In this document: in pieces, positions 1-12,666 of the stretch
Position numbering within the stretch: position 1 is the stretch's first letter
How the letters are laid out: each line of letters opens with the position of its first letter
Source of the DNA: Camelus ferus
Taxonomy: Eukaryota
Reading direction: 5' to 3'
NCBI RefSeq assembly: GCF_009834535.1
Contig: NC_045697.1
Location: 55,678,001 to 55,742,000, forward strand
DNA length: 64,000 nucleotides
Program-made: the position numbers and the translations under genes
Notes under the pieces: generated by a model
Told to the model about the DNA's origin: nothing
What the model saw: the letters and a program-made list of their open reading frames with translations, nothing else
The model's database searches: none

Positions 1-488
1 TTAGAGTCAAGCACTCTAAATCCTCCTGATAACACCAGCCTACAGAAAATGAAGTGAGATGTTAGGATTGATCTGTAGTGGTTTTGCCCAGATGATTCAC
101 TCAGTGGCATTCTGTCAATTTATTTTTATCTAATGAGGAAATAAATGTCTATGAAGGCATTTTATTTGGTATTTTCCAGCGTATTACTTTTAACACTCCT
201 AGATATAACATATCAAGCACACACGCATAAAAAAAAGTAGTTATGTTTCAAGCCTTTTAGTATAAAATAGTTAAATTTACCATCTAGAGAAATTGTGAAC
301 AAAATGTTTGAATGGTCAGTAAACCTAATATTTGAATAATATGTTATTTCATATATGTCTTAGAAATTTAAAATTTCTTTTGATCAAGGCTTTTTTAGAT
401 ATTAAGCCATGTACCAAAACTGACCTAATCATATATAATCCTCATTTAAGACTAATAAATTAAATTAGGATCTCATACTTTAAGGTTA

Positions 489-566
489 TTAGATTAACTA
501 TGAAATTGCCACTTTGTGTAGGTCAAAATGTTTTGATATTGTCAATTTAAATTGATTCAAACTATA
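489..566. mobile_element. MADE2-like mariner-derived MITE (~80 bp, palindromic)
   Basis: ttagattaactatgaaattgcc...tgtaggtcaaaa...gtcaatttaaattgattcaaacta follows the MADE2 layout (TIR TTAGGTTGAACCATATGAAATTGCC, core TTTTTGTAGGTCAAAA); preceded by TA at 487-488. Confidence 0.75.
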
Positions 567-899
567 TTTATATAGACAGATTATGAACTGAATCAAATAC
601 ATGTATAGGAAATACTTCTAACAGGCTCAATTTAAGATTTTGTGCAAACTGATAAAAATATACAATAAAAGATACTTCTAGGTAGATATGGAATTCTGTG
701 AACTTATATCTCTCACACTTTATTTGATGGATGTTACCTTATGTCTAAGAATACTCTCTCCACTCAGAATAGCTCTTAAATCCTAGAATCAACAGGGTCC
801 ACTCTTTTTTTCTTTTGTTGTTCATATAAATTTAACTGCTGCTCTACAATATATATCTATCGTTAGGTATGTCTGTCTTCCCCAAGCCAAACCATGTAT

Positions 900-1755
900 T
901 TAATTCTGCAATACATCCTTTTAGGTTGTCTGCAGGTATTTTAAATTTAATATATGAAGAATAACCATTTTTCCCCCCAATAACATTTTCTGCCACGTTC
1001 TTTCAAGCCTTGGATGGTGACAACACCAAGCGCCCAATCTAAAGACAAACATTCTTGATGTCAACCTGTACTACAAAGCTACAGTAATCAAAACAGTATG
1101 GTACTGGCATAAAAACAGACACCTAGATCAATGCAACAGGATAGAAAGTCCAGAAATAAACCAAAGCGCTTACGGTCAATTAATCTATGACAATGGAGGG
1201 AAGACTACACAATAGAGAAAAGACAGTCTCTTCAATAAGTGGTGCTGGGAAAACTGAACAACTACCTGTAAGAGACTAAAATTAGAAAATTCTCCATCAT
1301 CACATACAAAAATAAACTCAAAATAGGTTGAAGGCTTAAATATAAGACCAGATACTTTAAAACTCCTATAGGAAAACATAGGCAAGAACACTCATGGACA
1401 TAAATCACAGTATTATTTTTGGACCAGCTCTTGGAGTAATGGAAATAAAAGCAAAAATAAACAAATGGGATCTAATTAAACTTAAAAGCTTTTGCACAAC
1501 TAAGGATACCATCAATAAAATGAAAAGACAACCTACAGAATGGGAGAAAATATTTTCAAATGACATGACCAACAAGGGACTAGGTTCTCTTTTCCTGACT
1601 TCCATTTCCAGTCAATAAACAAAATGTGCTCATTCTACCTCAGAAATGTATCTTAATTACTGACTCTTGTTTCTGCCTCCAGAGATATTGCCTCAGTTCA
1701 GGCCCTCATCATGTCTCTTCAGATTGTAACAAAGGACTCTTAATGGTGTTTCCCG
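900..1755 (+). mobile_element. L2 LINE fragment, interrupted by the L1 piece at ~1056-1582
   Basis: Left arm aaacattcttgatgtcaacct and right arm ggttctcttttcctgacttccatttccagtcaataaac...cctcagttcaggccctcatcatgtctc...ctcttaatggtg are collinear with the L2 3' region. Confidence 0.6.
1056..1582 (+). mobile_element. Internal L1 ORF2 fragment (C-terminal region, disabled; no 3'UTR or poly-A)
   Basis: Translates to [54 protein letters not shown] and, after a frameshift, [38 protein letters not shown], typical L1 ORF2; several stops, mostly at Trp codons. Confidence 0.95.
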
Positions 1756-2058
1756 AGACTAGGTAAAATTTCCTCTTCTGTTAAACTGATTAAACACGTA
1801 TCTTTTTATATAACCAAAAAAAAAAAAAAAAAAGATGATGTTATCAACCCTAAGATTAAAATTTTCTACTGGCTCTCTTTTAAAAACAACTTTTTATTAA
1901 GATATAGTGGACATATTATATTAGCTTCATGTGTTCAACATACTGATTTGGTATTTGTATGTATTGTGAAATGATCACCACAGTAAGTCTAGTTGACATC
2001 CATCACTACACATTGCTATGATTTTTTTTCTTGGAATCAGAACTTTTAAGATCTACTC

Positions 2059-3290
2059 TTTTTTTTTTTTTTAAGTATAGTCAGTTTACAATGTTGTGCC
2101 AATTTCTAGTGTAAAGCACATTTCAGTCATACATATTTATACATATATTCCTTTTCATATTCTTTTCCATTATAGGTTACTATAAGATATTGATTATAGT
2201 TCCCTGTGCTATACAGTATAAACTTGTTTATTTTTATATACAGTAGTTAGTATCTGCAAATCTCAAACTCCCATACTATTCAGCCATAAAAACCGATAAC
2301 ATAATGCCATTTGCAGCAACATAGATGTTCCTGGAGAATTTCATTCTAAGTGAAGTAAGCCAGAAAGAGAAAGAAAAATACCATATGAGATTGCTAATAC
2401 GTGGAATCTAAAAAAAAAAACCCCAAAAACAAAAACCATAAATACAAAACAGAAACAGACTCATAGACATAGAATGCAAACTTGTGGTTGCCAGGGGGAC
2501 AGGGGGTGGGAAGGGACAGACTGGGATTTCAAAATGTAGAATAGATAAACAAGATTGTACTGTGTAGCACAGGGAAATATATACAGGATCTTACAGCTCA
2601 CAGCGAAAGAGAATGTGACAATGAATGTATGTATGTTCATGTATAACTGAAAAATTGTGCTCTGCACTGGAATTTGACACAACACTGTAAAATGACTAAA
2701 ACTCAATAAAAAAAAAGTTAAAAAATAAAATAAAATAATAAAAAAAAGTTTTTAAACCCATGCAAAAAAAAAAAAAAAAAATCTCAAACTCCCAAGTTAT
2801 CCCTTCCCACCTCTTATCCCTCTGGTAACCATAAGTTTGTTTTCTATGTCTGAATCTGTTTCTGTTTCATAAGTAAGTTCCTTTGTATCTTCTTTTTTAG
2901 ATTATGAGTGATATCATATGGAATTTTTCTTTCTCTTTCTGGCTTATTTCACTTAGCATGACAATCTCCAGGGCCATCCATGTTGTCGCAAATGGCATTA
3001 TTTTGTTCTTTTTCATGGCTGAGTAGTATTCCATTATATAAATATACCATAGCTTCTTTATCCAGTCATCTGTTGATGGACATTTAAGTTGCTTCTATGT
3101 TTGTACTATTGTAAACAGTGCTGCTATAAAATTGGGGTGCATGTATCTTTTTGAATTAGTGTTTACTCTAGATATATGCCCAGGAGGGGGATTGCTGGAT
3201 AAGGTAAGTCTAATTTTAGTTTTTTGAGGAATCTCCATACTGTTTTCCATAATGGCTGCACCAAACTACATTCCCACAAACAGTGTAAAA
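2059..3290 (-). mobile_element. 5'-truncated cetartiodactyl (probably camelid) L1, ORF2 end plus 3'UTR, interrupted at 2274-2778
   Basis: poly-T head then aagtatagtcagtttacaatgttgtg...tccctgtgctatacagta; resumes at 2795 through tggctgagtagtattccatt and ggaatctccatactgttttccataatggctgcacc. Confidence 0.9.
2274..2778 (+). mobile_element. Young 5'-truncated L1 3' end with poly-A and 16-bp TSD
   Basis: ORF2 tail (tactattcagccataaaaa...attctaagtgaagtaagccagaaagagaaag), 3'UTR and A-rich tail; exact duplication aaatctcaaactccca at 2258-2273 and 2779-2794. Confidence 0.95.
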
Positions 3291-3399
3291 TCTTAGCAAT
3301 TTTCAACTATACAGGGTTTTTAGCTTGTTTTTGTGTTTTAGTATTAGACACAAAAGTTTTCATTTCTTTCACATAATATAAACATTTTAACTTACAGTT

Positions 3400-3990
3400 C
3401 AGCTTTCCTGAGGTCCATATCTAAGAGTAAAATGCCAAGAGCACAGAAAAGCTGGGTAGAGGGGATCCTCATAATGAGGCACTAAGTGAGAGATCTTACT
3501 CAACCACTCTACTCAACATGCTGGAAGGAAGCCCATGCAGGTCCCTGAGAAAGAGTCATTGTGACTTACGCCCTGAGAAAATTATACTCTGTACTCCCTC
3601 CTCAGAGAATGCCTATGAAGGTCCTCAGAAAAGAGAGGTCCCTGATGAATGATCACTAATAAAATCCTAATGCAGAGTTAGTCCTCTGAGGAGCGGCTGT
3701 TTTAATAGTGGGGGTTTTCTTCTTAACCAGAGTATCTCACTGGAACAGCTACACGAAAGTTACACCCCAGCTACTCTTATAGTTATGAGTTCCACTTTAG
3801 TCAGACTGTTTCCTGGGTGGTACCCAACATTAGTAAGCAGTCCCTTTCTCTGAACACTCAGGATATATTATCTGGTGAGATCCTGGGCCTTCAGCTGAGC
3901 CTGGGGAAAGCTCACTAATGCCTCCAGCAAATGAACAGAGCTAGAAGGTCAAAGGGAGCCTTAGGTGAATGGACATAAGTCACTCTGTAG
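3400..3990 (-). mobile_element. Probable old ERVL-class LTR remnant
   Basis: GC-richer block whose ends loosely resemble LTR16/33/41-type termini; family not resolved. Confidence 0.3.
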
Positions 3991-6079
3991 GGCAGCCAGA
4001 CAACTGGTTTTAGGTAGGAGGAGTGTGAACATTATCTCTAACCCTTCTAGATATATAGTGACTACCCCTGATACCCAAACACAAGAGGCAATCTTAAGAA
4101 GGTAAAACCTATTTGAGGGCTGCTCTTTCTTCTGACAGACTTACCAGAACATCCTGGTGGGTACTACTGACTATCTTAAAAATAAGCCCTCCTCTAATCT
4201 CGTCTCAAACTACACGGATAGCCCCATTTCTTGTCAAGCCACTGTACCTTGTTTTGCTGATACTTTGAAATTCTCATTATCATGTGATGAGTTTATCAGT
4301 ATTATTATTGTTATTTACATAATCTTTTCTGGTAACTTATTTTCTTAATATTTTTTTTCCCATCTGCCCAATGACTCTGCCTTTATTCCTCATAGTTCAT
4401 TGGTAATTTCCTACTTTTCCTTCAGAACCAAGTTAAAAATGTCACGTCATAAAATCTTTTCTAACTCCAGAAGGAGTTACACTTTTCGTGTTACCAAAGG
4501 AAATTATGATGTATTATAAGCTATTTTATTAGTCTTAAGTCTCCAGCTTTGGCAAAAATGCAAGGCATACATGTTAGTTCCTCAAAAATGTTTGTCAAAT
4601 TGAAATAAATATCCCAAATATCAGTCTTTTAGAAGTCCCACTTAAGACAGACTAATTAACTCCCCTGTTAATTAAAACCTACTTCCAGTTAAAAAATATA
4701 CATTTATAGTTGAGGATTAGTATTAGGCGAGATCTATTAGAAACTATGATCTGTTTTGCAGATAATAATTAAATATTAAATTATAACTATTATTTGTACT
4801 TACACATTTATCAATATGACAATAGAGAATACCTGTTTTAATTTAGAAACATTATGAAAAAACACTGAAATCGCTCTCTTCTTAGAGATTAACATTTGAT
4901 GAGGAAAGGTACAAGCGTTTTTTTTTTTTTTTTTTTTTTTTTGGTACTGGATAGCAATGAATCTCAAGACATTATTTTACTAAATTGAGTTTCTTTTTCA
5001 TCCATATCTTTCTGCTGAAAAGACAAAGATTAAATGAATCAGAGATTCTAACTTTTGCAGGAAAAAAAAAGCCTCATGTTCAAAAAAAAAAAAAAAAAAA
5101 GGATAAGCCTGCATTTTGTTTTCTCTGAATTCATTTTACTTGATTTTTGTTCAGTATAAGGAGGAGTAACATTGATTGCAATGAACCTGCTCTACATAGG
5201 CCATGTAAAGATCACTGTGGATTTGATTGTGGGGTGGGTGTCCAGCCTATTTTATTCTCTTTTAGAATCTTTTTTTAACAAGGAGAACAATACAATGTAA
5301 TTGGATTTTAAACTGAAAAAAAAAAAAAAAAAACCTACACACTATAAATAATATCCTCAAAACATTGCTTTCTTACTTTCGTAGTTATAGTGCTTTAAGG
5401 ATACATCCTTAGATATGGCAAGATGAACGATGTTAAATTCAAATTAAAGCTTCTAATGAAGTGGGAATGTATAGCAATTTTTGAAGGTGAGGAAAATTAT
5501 TGAAACAGTAGTCTTCATTCCAAAACTTGCAATAAAAATAGTGAAGTTCAAGATTTCAAGATACTTTAACACTTTAAGGCAAATCATTGTGTATCTCATT
5601 TTTGCACTAGATTTATTCCCTCAAAGATGACTAATTTATTGACATGTATCTGATACTTTATACTTTGTCTTTCTTAATCATGCTGAATCCAAATTTATAC
5701 ATATTTTCTCCTGAGATTTCTCATTTTCTAGATCAGGATTTCTTTATGGCCAATGATATTTTGGATTCTATTTGCAGAATAACCCAAATAATGAAGGCAA
5801 ACATATTTAATCAATCAAGGGATAGGATATAAAAGGGAATTTTTAATATTAAATATTTATTAGTTATTATTAATCCAGTAATATAGTCTTTCCTGAATGC
5901 TTTTTAGTTATGGTTTTTCAAATGTCCAGGGTGTAAAATGTAGGACAGTAAGAACCATAACCTAGGCCACAAAGACCTCAAAACCTCGATGAGGTCAGCT
6001 TGTGCCGTAACTTTACTACATAGATAATCATTATGGATATTGTCCTCAGTGGTTCTAGCCTAAGAAGCATAAAGACTTA

Positions 6080-6560
6080 AGTAATAAAGAAGAAATCGAC
6101 AGAAAACAGAAAAAGAGTAAGTCTCATAATAACTCACAGTCCTCGTTCTTGGGAAAAATTAAGAAGTTTAACCGATAGCTAACATTGCAGTTAGTAAGGG
6201 AGAAATCACAAATAGGCAAAATAAGAAATGACAAGAAGATACTATTAGAAGAGAAGAAACAAAGTTCTACAAGTGTCCATTTTGTAGAATTCTATGCAAA
6301 CACATATGGAAACATCAGTATAAGGAAAACTTTACTTGAAAAATGCAATTTTTCACATTGACCACAATAGAAGTCATAAACTGAAATACATTCATTCCTG
6401 ACAATGAATAGAGATGGCTACCGAGGAATTATCTCCAAAACCATCAGCCCCAGTTACCTTGACAGGAGAATGGACCTTTGAAAACCAGACAGTCCCAATG
6501 ATAAATTGTTCCAAAGAATATGTAATGAAGGAAAACAACTACATTTATTTTCTAAAGGAA
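6080..6560 (+). mobile_element. Very old L1M ORF2 fragment
   Basis: aaaataagaaatgacaag...ttctatgcaaacacatatggaaac...ttgaccacaatagaag...cagccccagttaccttgacaggagaa is collinear with degraded L1 ORF2. Confidence 0.6.
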
Positions 6561-7659
6561 GTATGTCACATGACCATCAGCAGGTATTTGCCTCACAGAG
6601 AAAAATGGAAGATGTCGAGCAAAGAGCCTCTTTTACCTTCCTTTTAGACATACCCTTTTCAATGATTACTGATACCACTAAGGATAATCCTTTGCGTGGA
6701 CACTGGAACTCATTGCTAACATCCTGGAATCCTATCTAATGTTTTTCCTAATGTTCTTAATGAATGTATTTTCATTTGTATAAATCAGACACTGGAGTAA
6801 TATAGAGGTACAATACAGAATTAAATTTTATCATTTTTAAATTTCCTAAAATTCACAAAAACTTCAAAAAGACTGAGTGGGGGAAATAACGGCTGATATG
6901 TTTTGCTCTTGGGGTTGTCACTATTGCTGTTTCCTTGGTGAAGTAACTTCAACGACTACTGAGACAGTTTGAAGAAGCCAATCCTCCATTGTATGTGCTG
7001 TGCTAGATTTCATCTAAATTTCTTCCCAAAATGAGTATGTGATGAAGTTAAGTAAAATAAGCTTTAATAGATGAAAATGTGAAAGTCCCTAAAATGAATT
7101 CATTTTATTTGAGATCTAGCTTTCTTTGAATATATTGTATAATTTAAAATGAAAGAAAAAAACTGCATTCAATTATATATTTACAAAAAGGTAGTAATTA
7201 TGTAATTTTGACATGCTCCCTTTAAATGAAAATGTGTGCATATTCAAGAATTTAAATAAATTTTATAACTATATCTGTTGGAATAAAAGCTGTTGATTAT
7301 TATTTAGATCATTCTTAGGCTGTGAAGAAGTAAGACTAAGAATTCACGATGTTTCAGATTTCCTAAGTATATTCCTGTCAGGGTATCTAAAATGCAACAT
7401 TAATCCCAATATATTTTCTCACAATTTAGCTGTCTGCACCACTGGTACATTTATTTTGTCCAAATGCGTATTTTTATTAAAAAAATTCAAAGTTGCTGTG
7501 AGGGGTATTTCACAGAAAAATAATGAAAAATGGCTAGTGACCTTCATCCCTACTCATAGTAGAAGGAACAAATCAAAACAATGATAAAGATTTTTCAATT
7601 TGTGAGAACTGCAAATATATTTTAAAATCTGAAATTTTAATACTTTTAATAGTGTAGGG

Positions 7660-8285
7660 AGATGAAAACTATTATGCAAAAATGTAAACGGTTATATATC
7701 GATCAGATTTACAAATATACATGACCCTTGCCATGTCAAAGCAATTTCAGAATAAGAATTTGTCTAGGCAGACTACCTATGTGAGCATATTCAGTTCAAT
7801 ATTAGTTGTAGTTAAGAGAAAAATGGAGGCAACCCATGTTTCAATAAGTTGAGAAATGTTTAATTAATGAGGAACAAACAAATATCCTTAAAAAATATAA
7901 CAAAGAGTCCAAATGTTCCTCAATAGGAAAATTATTTCAATAATTAATGGCATATCCTAAAATAAATTCTATTCCTTGGGAAATAAAATCATTCTAAGTT
8001 GATTTGTAAGGAATTCAAAGATAAATTAAAATGAAAGTTGCTGAAGAGTATGAAAAGTATGAAGACATGAATATAAACTAAATATACTTATATGCTGGTG
8101 CATGCACATAAACAGTAGGAAAACACACACAAAACTGGTAATAGCAATCATGTAACAGTAGGGCAGATGGGGGTTTGGAGAAGTCAGGAAGGTTTTACGT
8201 TTTTTTTTTTAATTACATACATTTTGTGTTTTCTTTACTGTTTACATTCATCACACTGTTTTAAAATAAATTTATAAATAAAGAT
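7660..8285 (+). mobile_element. Old L1ME-type 3' fragment
   Basis: gcaatttc.., tggaggcaaccc, aaatgttcctcaataggaaa and acacacaaaactggtaatagc motifs of L1ME 3' ends. Confidence 0.55.
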
Positions 8286-10709
8286 GAGTTAAACCACAAT
8301 ATTTAATGTGGATTTGACTTGTGATTGCTGTGATAGAATCATATACCTTATTCATTTAATTTCCAAAAAATTTTTCAAAGGGAAAACAATGAAAGAGAAT
8401 AAAGGACAAAGGAAGGAGAGACACAGAAACAAGTATGGGAGGGCAGGGAGAAGCAGGAAAAACAAAAAAAAAAAAAGAAAGGAGGGAGGGAAGGAGAAAA
8501 AATCCTACACTCTTGACATGGATTTTTTGTTAAAAATCCTTATTGTTGACAAGGTGATGGTGCAGTATAACCTATCTGGAAGTGATATTACTTTTATTAT
8601 TATTACAAATGATAATAGCAAATCAAGTGAATTTCTTAAAAGTAGGAGACAGTTATAACTTGACTTGTCACAACATATTGTGCCATATTTAAATCAGTGT
8701 ATATTATACAAAATATTAACTTTGGAAAATAATCTGAACTATAACATCTATTTAATGGTCATGCCAATTAATATCTTTTAAGTCAATTTTAACATTTCTT
8801 TAAAAATGATATAAGGGATTTATCTTTATATTAAAGTTTTCCATTCATAAGATTATAATTTAACATAAATAACAGAATGAAAGTGACACCTTTATACTTT
8901 ACCTGTGTAAAAACTGCATTTTTGATTTCACTGAAAGATACTGTCTTAAAAGTAATCCTTCTGTTAAAAAAATGATCAAATTTATTTATTAATGATAAAT
9001 GAAAAATACCTTAATTCTTGCCTGTGACTTTTTTTTGGTTCCTGAGACAGAAAGACAGTGCTTTTTACATGTGATGTGATTTCCAATACCTCTAATTTAA
9101 GTTCAGAATATCAAACATAATATATCCTAAAGAAAAAAATGTGCATTGTTTGTCCTGTTTGGTTTTTTAATTTTAGTGTTTTTAAAAAGAGTGAAACTAG
9201 ATGATGTTTTAAGGTATCTTCTACTGCCACAGTTTGAAATTAAAACCCTAAACCAAAGCTTCTCTTTCATAAGGACTGCAAACAAATATCTATGCACATC
9301 TTAAGAATTCCAATATTGGAGGTTTGAGGTAATTCAACAAAAGATCAGTTTTATCTGTAGAGCTTTAAAATGATATTATGCTTTGACTTTTTTAATAAAG
9401 AAAAACAGAACACATAATCAGCAATTGATATTTTCCTTTACAAATATATATTTATGATCATTCTCCCCATCTAGGAAATAAAATTATTTGCATGTATTCA
9501 AAGAATTTACTTACTTTTGGTGTTTAGCATAATAATTCCTTCTTTTTATATCTATTCTGACATTTACTCAGAATTCTAGTCAAAGGGACAACTAAAATGT
9601 CTGCTGCTTTTGTGAACTTGGTTGCTGTGCTACCCACACAATGAAAGTTTTGTGATTGGGAAGGTGTGGGTCTGGGAAATATTGGAGAAGAAGAATGAAG
9701 GTAGAAAGACACACACAAAGAATCTAAGCAGATGTCTTTTAACCGAAAAGGTACAATTTAACCTATTACTGATCCAATGCAATTGAAAATTAACAAACAT
9801 GAGATGTATAGAATAAAGTCCTAGAATACCATTACTACAGGAATATTCAAGGCAGATCCATGTTGCCACCTAAATGAAAATACACACACACACACTTATA
9901 CGTGATTTGAGGATCACAAGTTGGTGCTCCGAAATTGCCCTCAAAAATTGTCATATCGAAGCTACAAATTTGTTGTTGTTCATCAACATATTGGATTTAG
10001 TCTAAGGCTCCTAACCTCTCTCCAGTATTGATTTCAGCAACCTTCAAAAATCACTATAGCTTGCTATAATTTGCATTTTGCTGGGCAGCATCAGCAGAAC
10101 TGACAATATTTGCTCAAGCTTATGCAATTTTCCCAATAAAAACTTAAAAAAAACCCTATTCAGTTGTTCAGTATCCATTTTTATTCAGGTACCTATGCTC
10201 CTCTAATTCTGGTAGGTCAATTCCCTAAATTAACAATCTGCCTCATTTCCATGAATTCCCTACAAAATGTTCAATAGAAGTCTATAAATGAGAGTGATGC
10301 TGAATTCAGAAGTAGACGTTTGCTGTTTGCCATATGTTAACCTTCACATCCCTATTCACATCTTAGGAAATCATTCTACCTCGATGGTATGTATTTATTT
10401 ATATGATAAAGGTTCACTCTTTCACACCAAATCTCCTTACTGAAAATTGAAATGAAGACTGCTATCCTTGTTGATTTTATGTGTTTTTTAATTTATTTAA
10501 TGTGTGTACTTCCTATGACACATTCTAATCACAAAGAAAACGAGCCTGAGAGACAAAGCAGCTCAAGTGGGAAAGGATGTAGCTGCAAATATAGATGGCT
10601 ACCTGTCATGAGAGAAGCTCAGGTATTGGGTCTCAGAGCTAAAAAGAAAAAGTCACCAAAAAAAAACTTGACTTATTTACCAATGACCCTGGGGACAATA
10701 GTCTATTTA

Positions 10710-11088
10710 CCTGAGTAGCTTTCGCTGCATAATGAAACTTCCATAGCATGCAAAGCAGGCAGTTATATCTCAACCTCACATCCGTGTGTTAGTTTGTGTG
10801 TCTCTGCTTCAGGCTTTCTGTGGGTCTGAGTTGGCACCACAGATCTTATTCTGGGGCAAGGCTGAAGGGTCAGCATCCTTGGGGCTTGCTTTTCTCATAG
10901 TCAAGGTAAAATCTCAGAGAAATAAGTAAAAGCCATAAGATAAAGGTTGGGAACTGGCATTCTATCACTTCCAGCCATGGTTTCGGATACAGTCAGGCAC
11001 AGTAACTTTGTGGCCAAAATTAACGAAGCATGAAGGTATAACTGAGGGGGGAACCCAATATATGCTGAACAATCAGTTCATCTATTAG
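10710..11088 (-). mobile_element. MLT1 (ERVL-MaLR) LTR
   Basis: gctttcgctgcataa start; ggcaaggctgaagggtcagca, ttgggaactggcattctatcacttccagcca and tgctgaacaatcagttcatcta typical of old MLT1 LTRs. Confidence 0.65.
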
Positions 11089-11654
11089 AGCTGTCACTAG
11101 GATAGAGATTAAAGCAATTTCCTATCTGAAACAGAGCTAATCATTTAATGTAATGTAAGGGGTTGGTGGCCTTCAATATCCATGGAGAAAAGTGGCTTCT
11201 TATTTCTTTCATTTCTGTCCTACACTACTTTATAATCGTGTAGTGGGAGACCCAGCCAAACTACTTGCAACAGGGGAACCTAACCTGGAAGGCTAACGTG
11301 CAGGGGTAAAGGATCAAGGAGTTTATTCCAGGAGGTGTGGAAGAGCAGCCTAGGAAAGCACCAGTCTCCACTAAACTGGGATTTGCCAGACACTATTAGC
11401 CCCCAAACACTTTCAGATATCAGAAGGAGGAAAAAATTGTAAGTATTCTACATTGCCTGAAACTCAGATTTGTGCTCACCTTAGGTCCTCACAGATTTAT
11501 AACTGGATTTTGCAGAGAGGAGAGAAGGCAGTAGGTAGAAATAGAAAAAAAAATGATTTGAACACTTCAGTATGAGATTGGGAGGTAAGTTATCATGTAT
11601 TTGTTATGTACATTCTCTACTTTGCCTTAGAATCCTATAGAACTGTGGTCATTA

Positions 11655-12113
11655 ATAGCCATGACCATGAAGGAATCTTGCTGAAATCCCCTTCAAGAGA
11701 AGCTACTGACACAAGAATAGCTCATTTATACCCACCACCTCCTATCTCTCTGGAGTGTACCAGTGAGGCCAGACTTCCACCCAGGCGGCTCTCAGCCAGT
11801 GTATGGCCATGGTTGGATGGAGGGGTATGAAATCACTCAAGTCGGATTCAGGACTCCTATCATGGACAACTTTGTTCATGGACTCCACATGGGCCTGGCC
11901 AGGGCCTTCTCAGAACTGTATTACAGTCAGACTGTCTCTGCCAGGCCTTTTTTCCCCTCTCTCATTTCATAGTTGTCAGTATGCCTTGTGGGCTGGAGCT
12001 CTCAGTACCTGCTCTAGCAACTGCCTACTTTTTCCTTCACAACATCTCCCCCAGTTAAAGTTTTGCATATCTAATCTGATATAGGTATCTAATTCTAAGA
12101 GAATTACTGACAC
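11655..12113 (+). mobile_element. LTR33-family ERVL LTR
   Basis: gaggccagacttccacccaggcggctctcagcca, ggactcctatcatggacaactttg, ggcctggccagggccttctcagaactg, and ttttgcatatctaatc...actgacaca end are collinear with LTR33. Confidence 0.75.
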
Positions 12114-12189
12114 AGTAATCAAGTGGAACAGTGTTAGCAGTAAGACTGCTTAGTAACATTACTGCCAGAGTAATCAGGCTGTGCTTATA

Positions 12190-12666
12190 TGTGATACAGA
12201 AGTAGTGTACTTCATTTATGTGGATAAAAAAAATGCTGCCTGCCATTTCAGGCAATAATGAATGTTGCCACCATCAAGCCATCAGCCACTGCAGCCACCC
12301 CTGATGGTGTGCCCTGAGGAGAATTCAGAATGGAGAAAAACAGGATGCTGGCCCTAGATAGTTAAGATGCCTATCAACTCAGTAATTTCAGTAAGTCCAG
12401 ACTCCTGCATCTTCCCTTACACAGCAAAACATTAAAATCATTAACTTGGAAGTGTCTATTTTTTGTAGTTAACAGTAATCTTTTGATGTTTGACTAGGTG
12501 GTTGTTTTCCAGTAAAAACTCCTATGTATCCTGGCTCCTTCCTTACTTCTTTGCAACAGTTGCTCAGAGCTATCAGATTCTGTCTCCCAGGCTCCAGTCC
12601 TCAGCATATTCCTGGAATAAAACATAACTCTCAACTTCTAGGTTGTACATTTCTTTTCAGCTGACA
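12190..12666 (+). mobile_element. ERV1-type solo LTR (ungulate family), relatively well preserved
   Basis: ccatcaagccatcagccactgcagcc...ctggccctagatagttaagatg...ctcagagctatc...AATAAA (12616-12621)...cagctgaca end; TSD not resolved and start approximate. Confidence 0.75.

Larger units (their letters stand above)
1882..3312 (-). mobile_element. Older L1 3' end (L1MA-type), split into ~1882-2058 and ~3291-3312 by younger L1s
   Basis: ...gaaatgatcaccacagtaagtctagtt...gaacttttaagatctactc resumes as tcttagcaattttcaactataca at 3291, matching the L1MA-type motif aagatctactctcttagcaattttcaa. Confidence 0.8.

Noticed and set aside
1185..1618. ORFs 1185-1391, 1394-1618 and 1405-1605 as genes
   Set aside because: Sense and antisense readings of a disabled L1 ORF2 fragment
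4918..4942. Isolated poly-T run as a retrocopy tail
   Set aside because: No TSD or recognisable retroposed body next to it
6648..6735. Possible minus-strand exon with an open frame and GTATGT donor
   Set aside because: No polypyrimidine tract before the AG; peptide not recognised
8308..8658. Longest ORF (116 aa, Lys/Arg-rich)
   Set aside because: Arises from a purine-rich low-complexity tract with a non-ATG start; no recognisable domain
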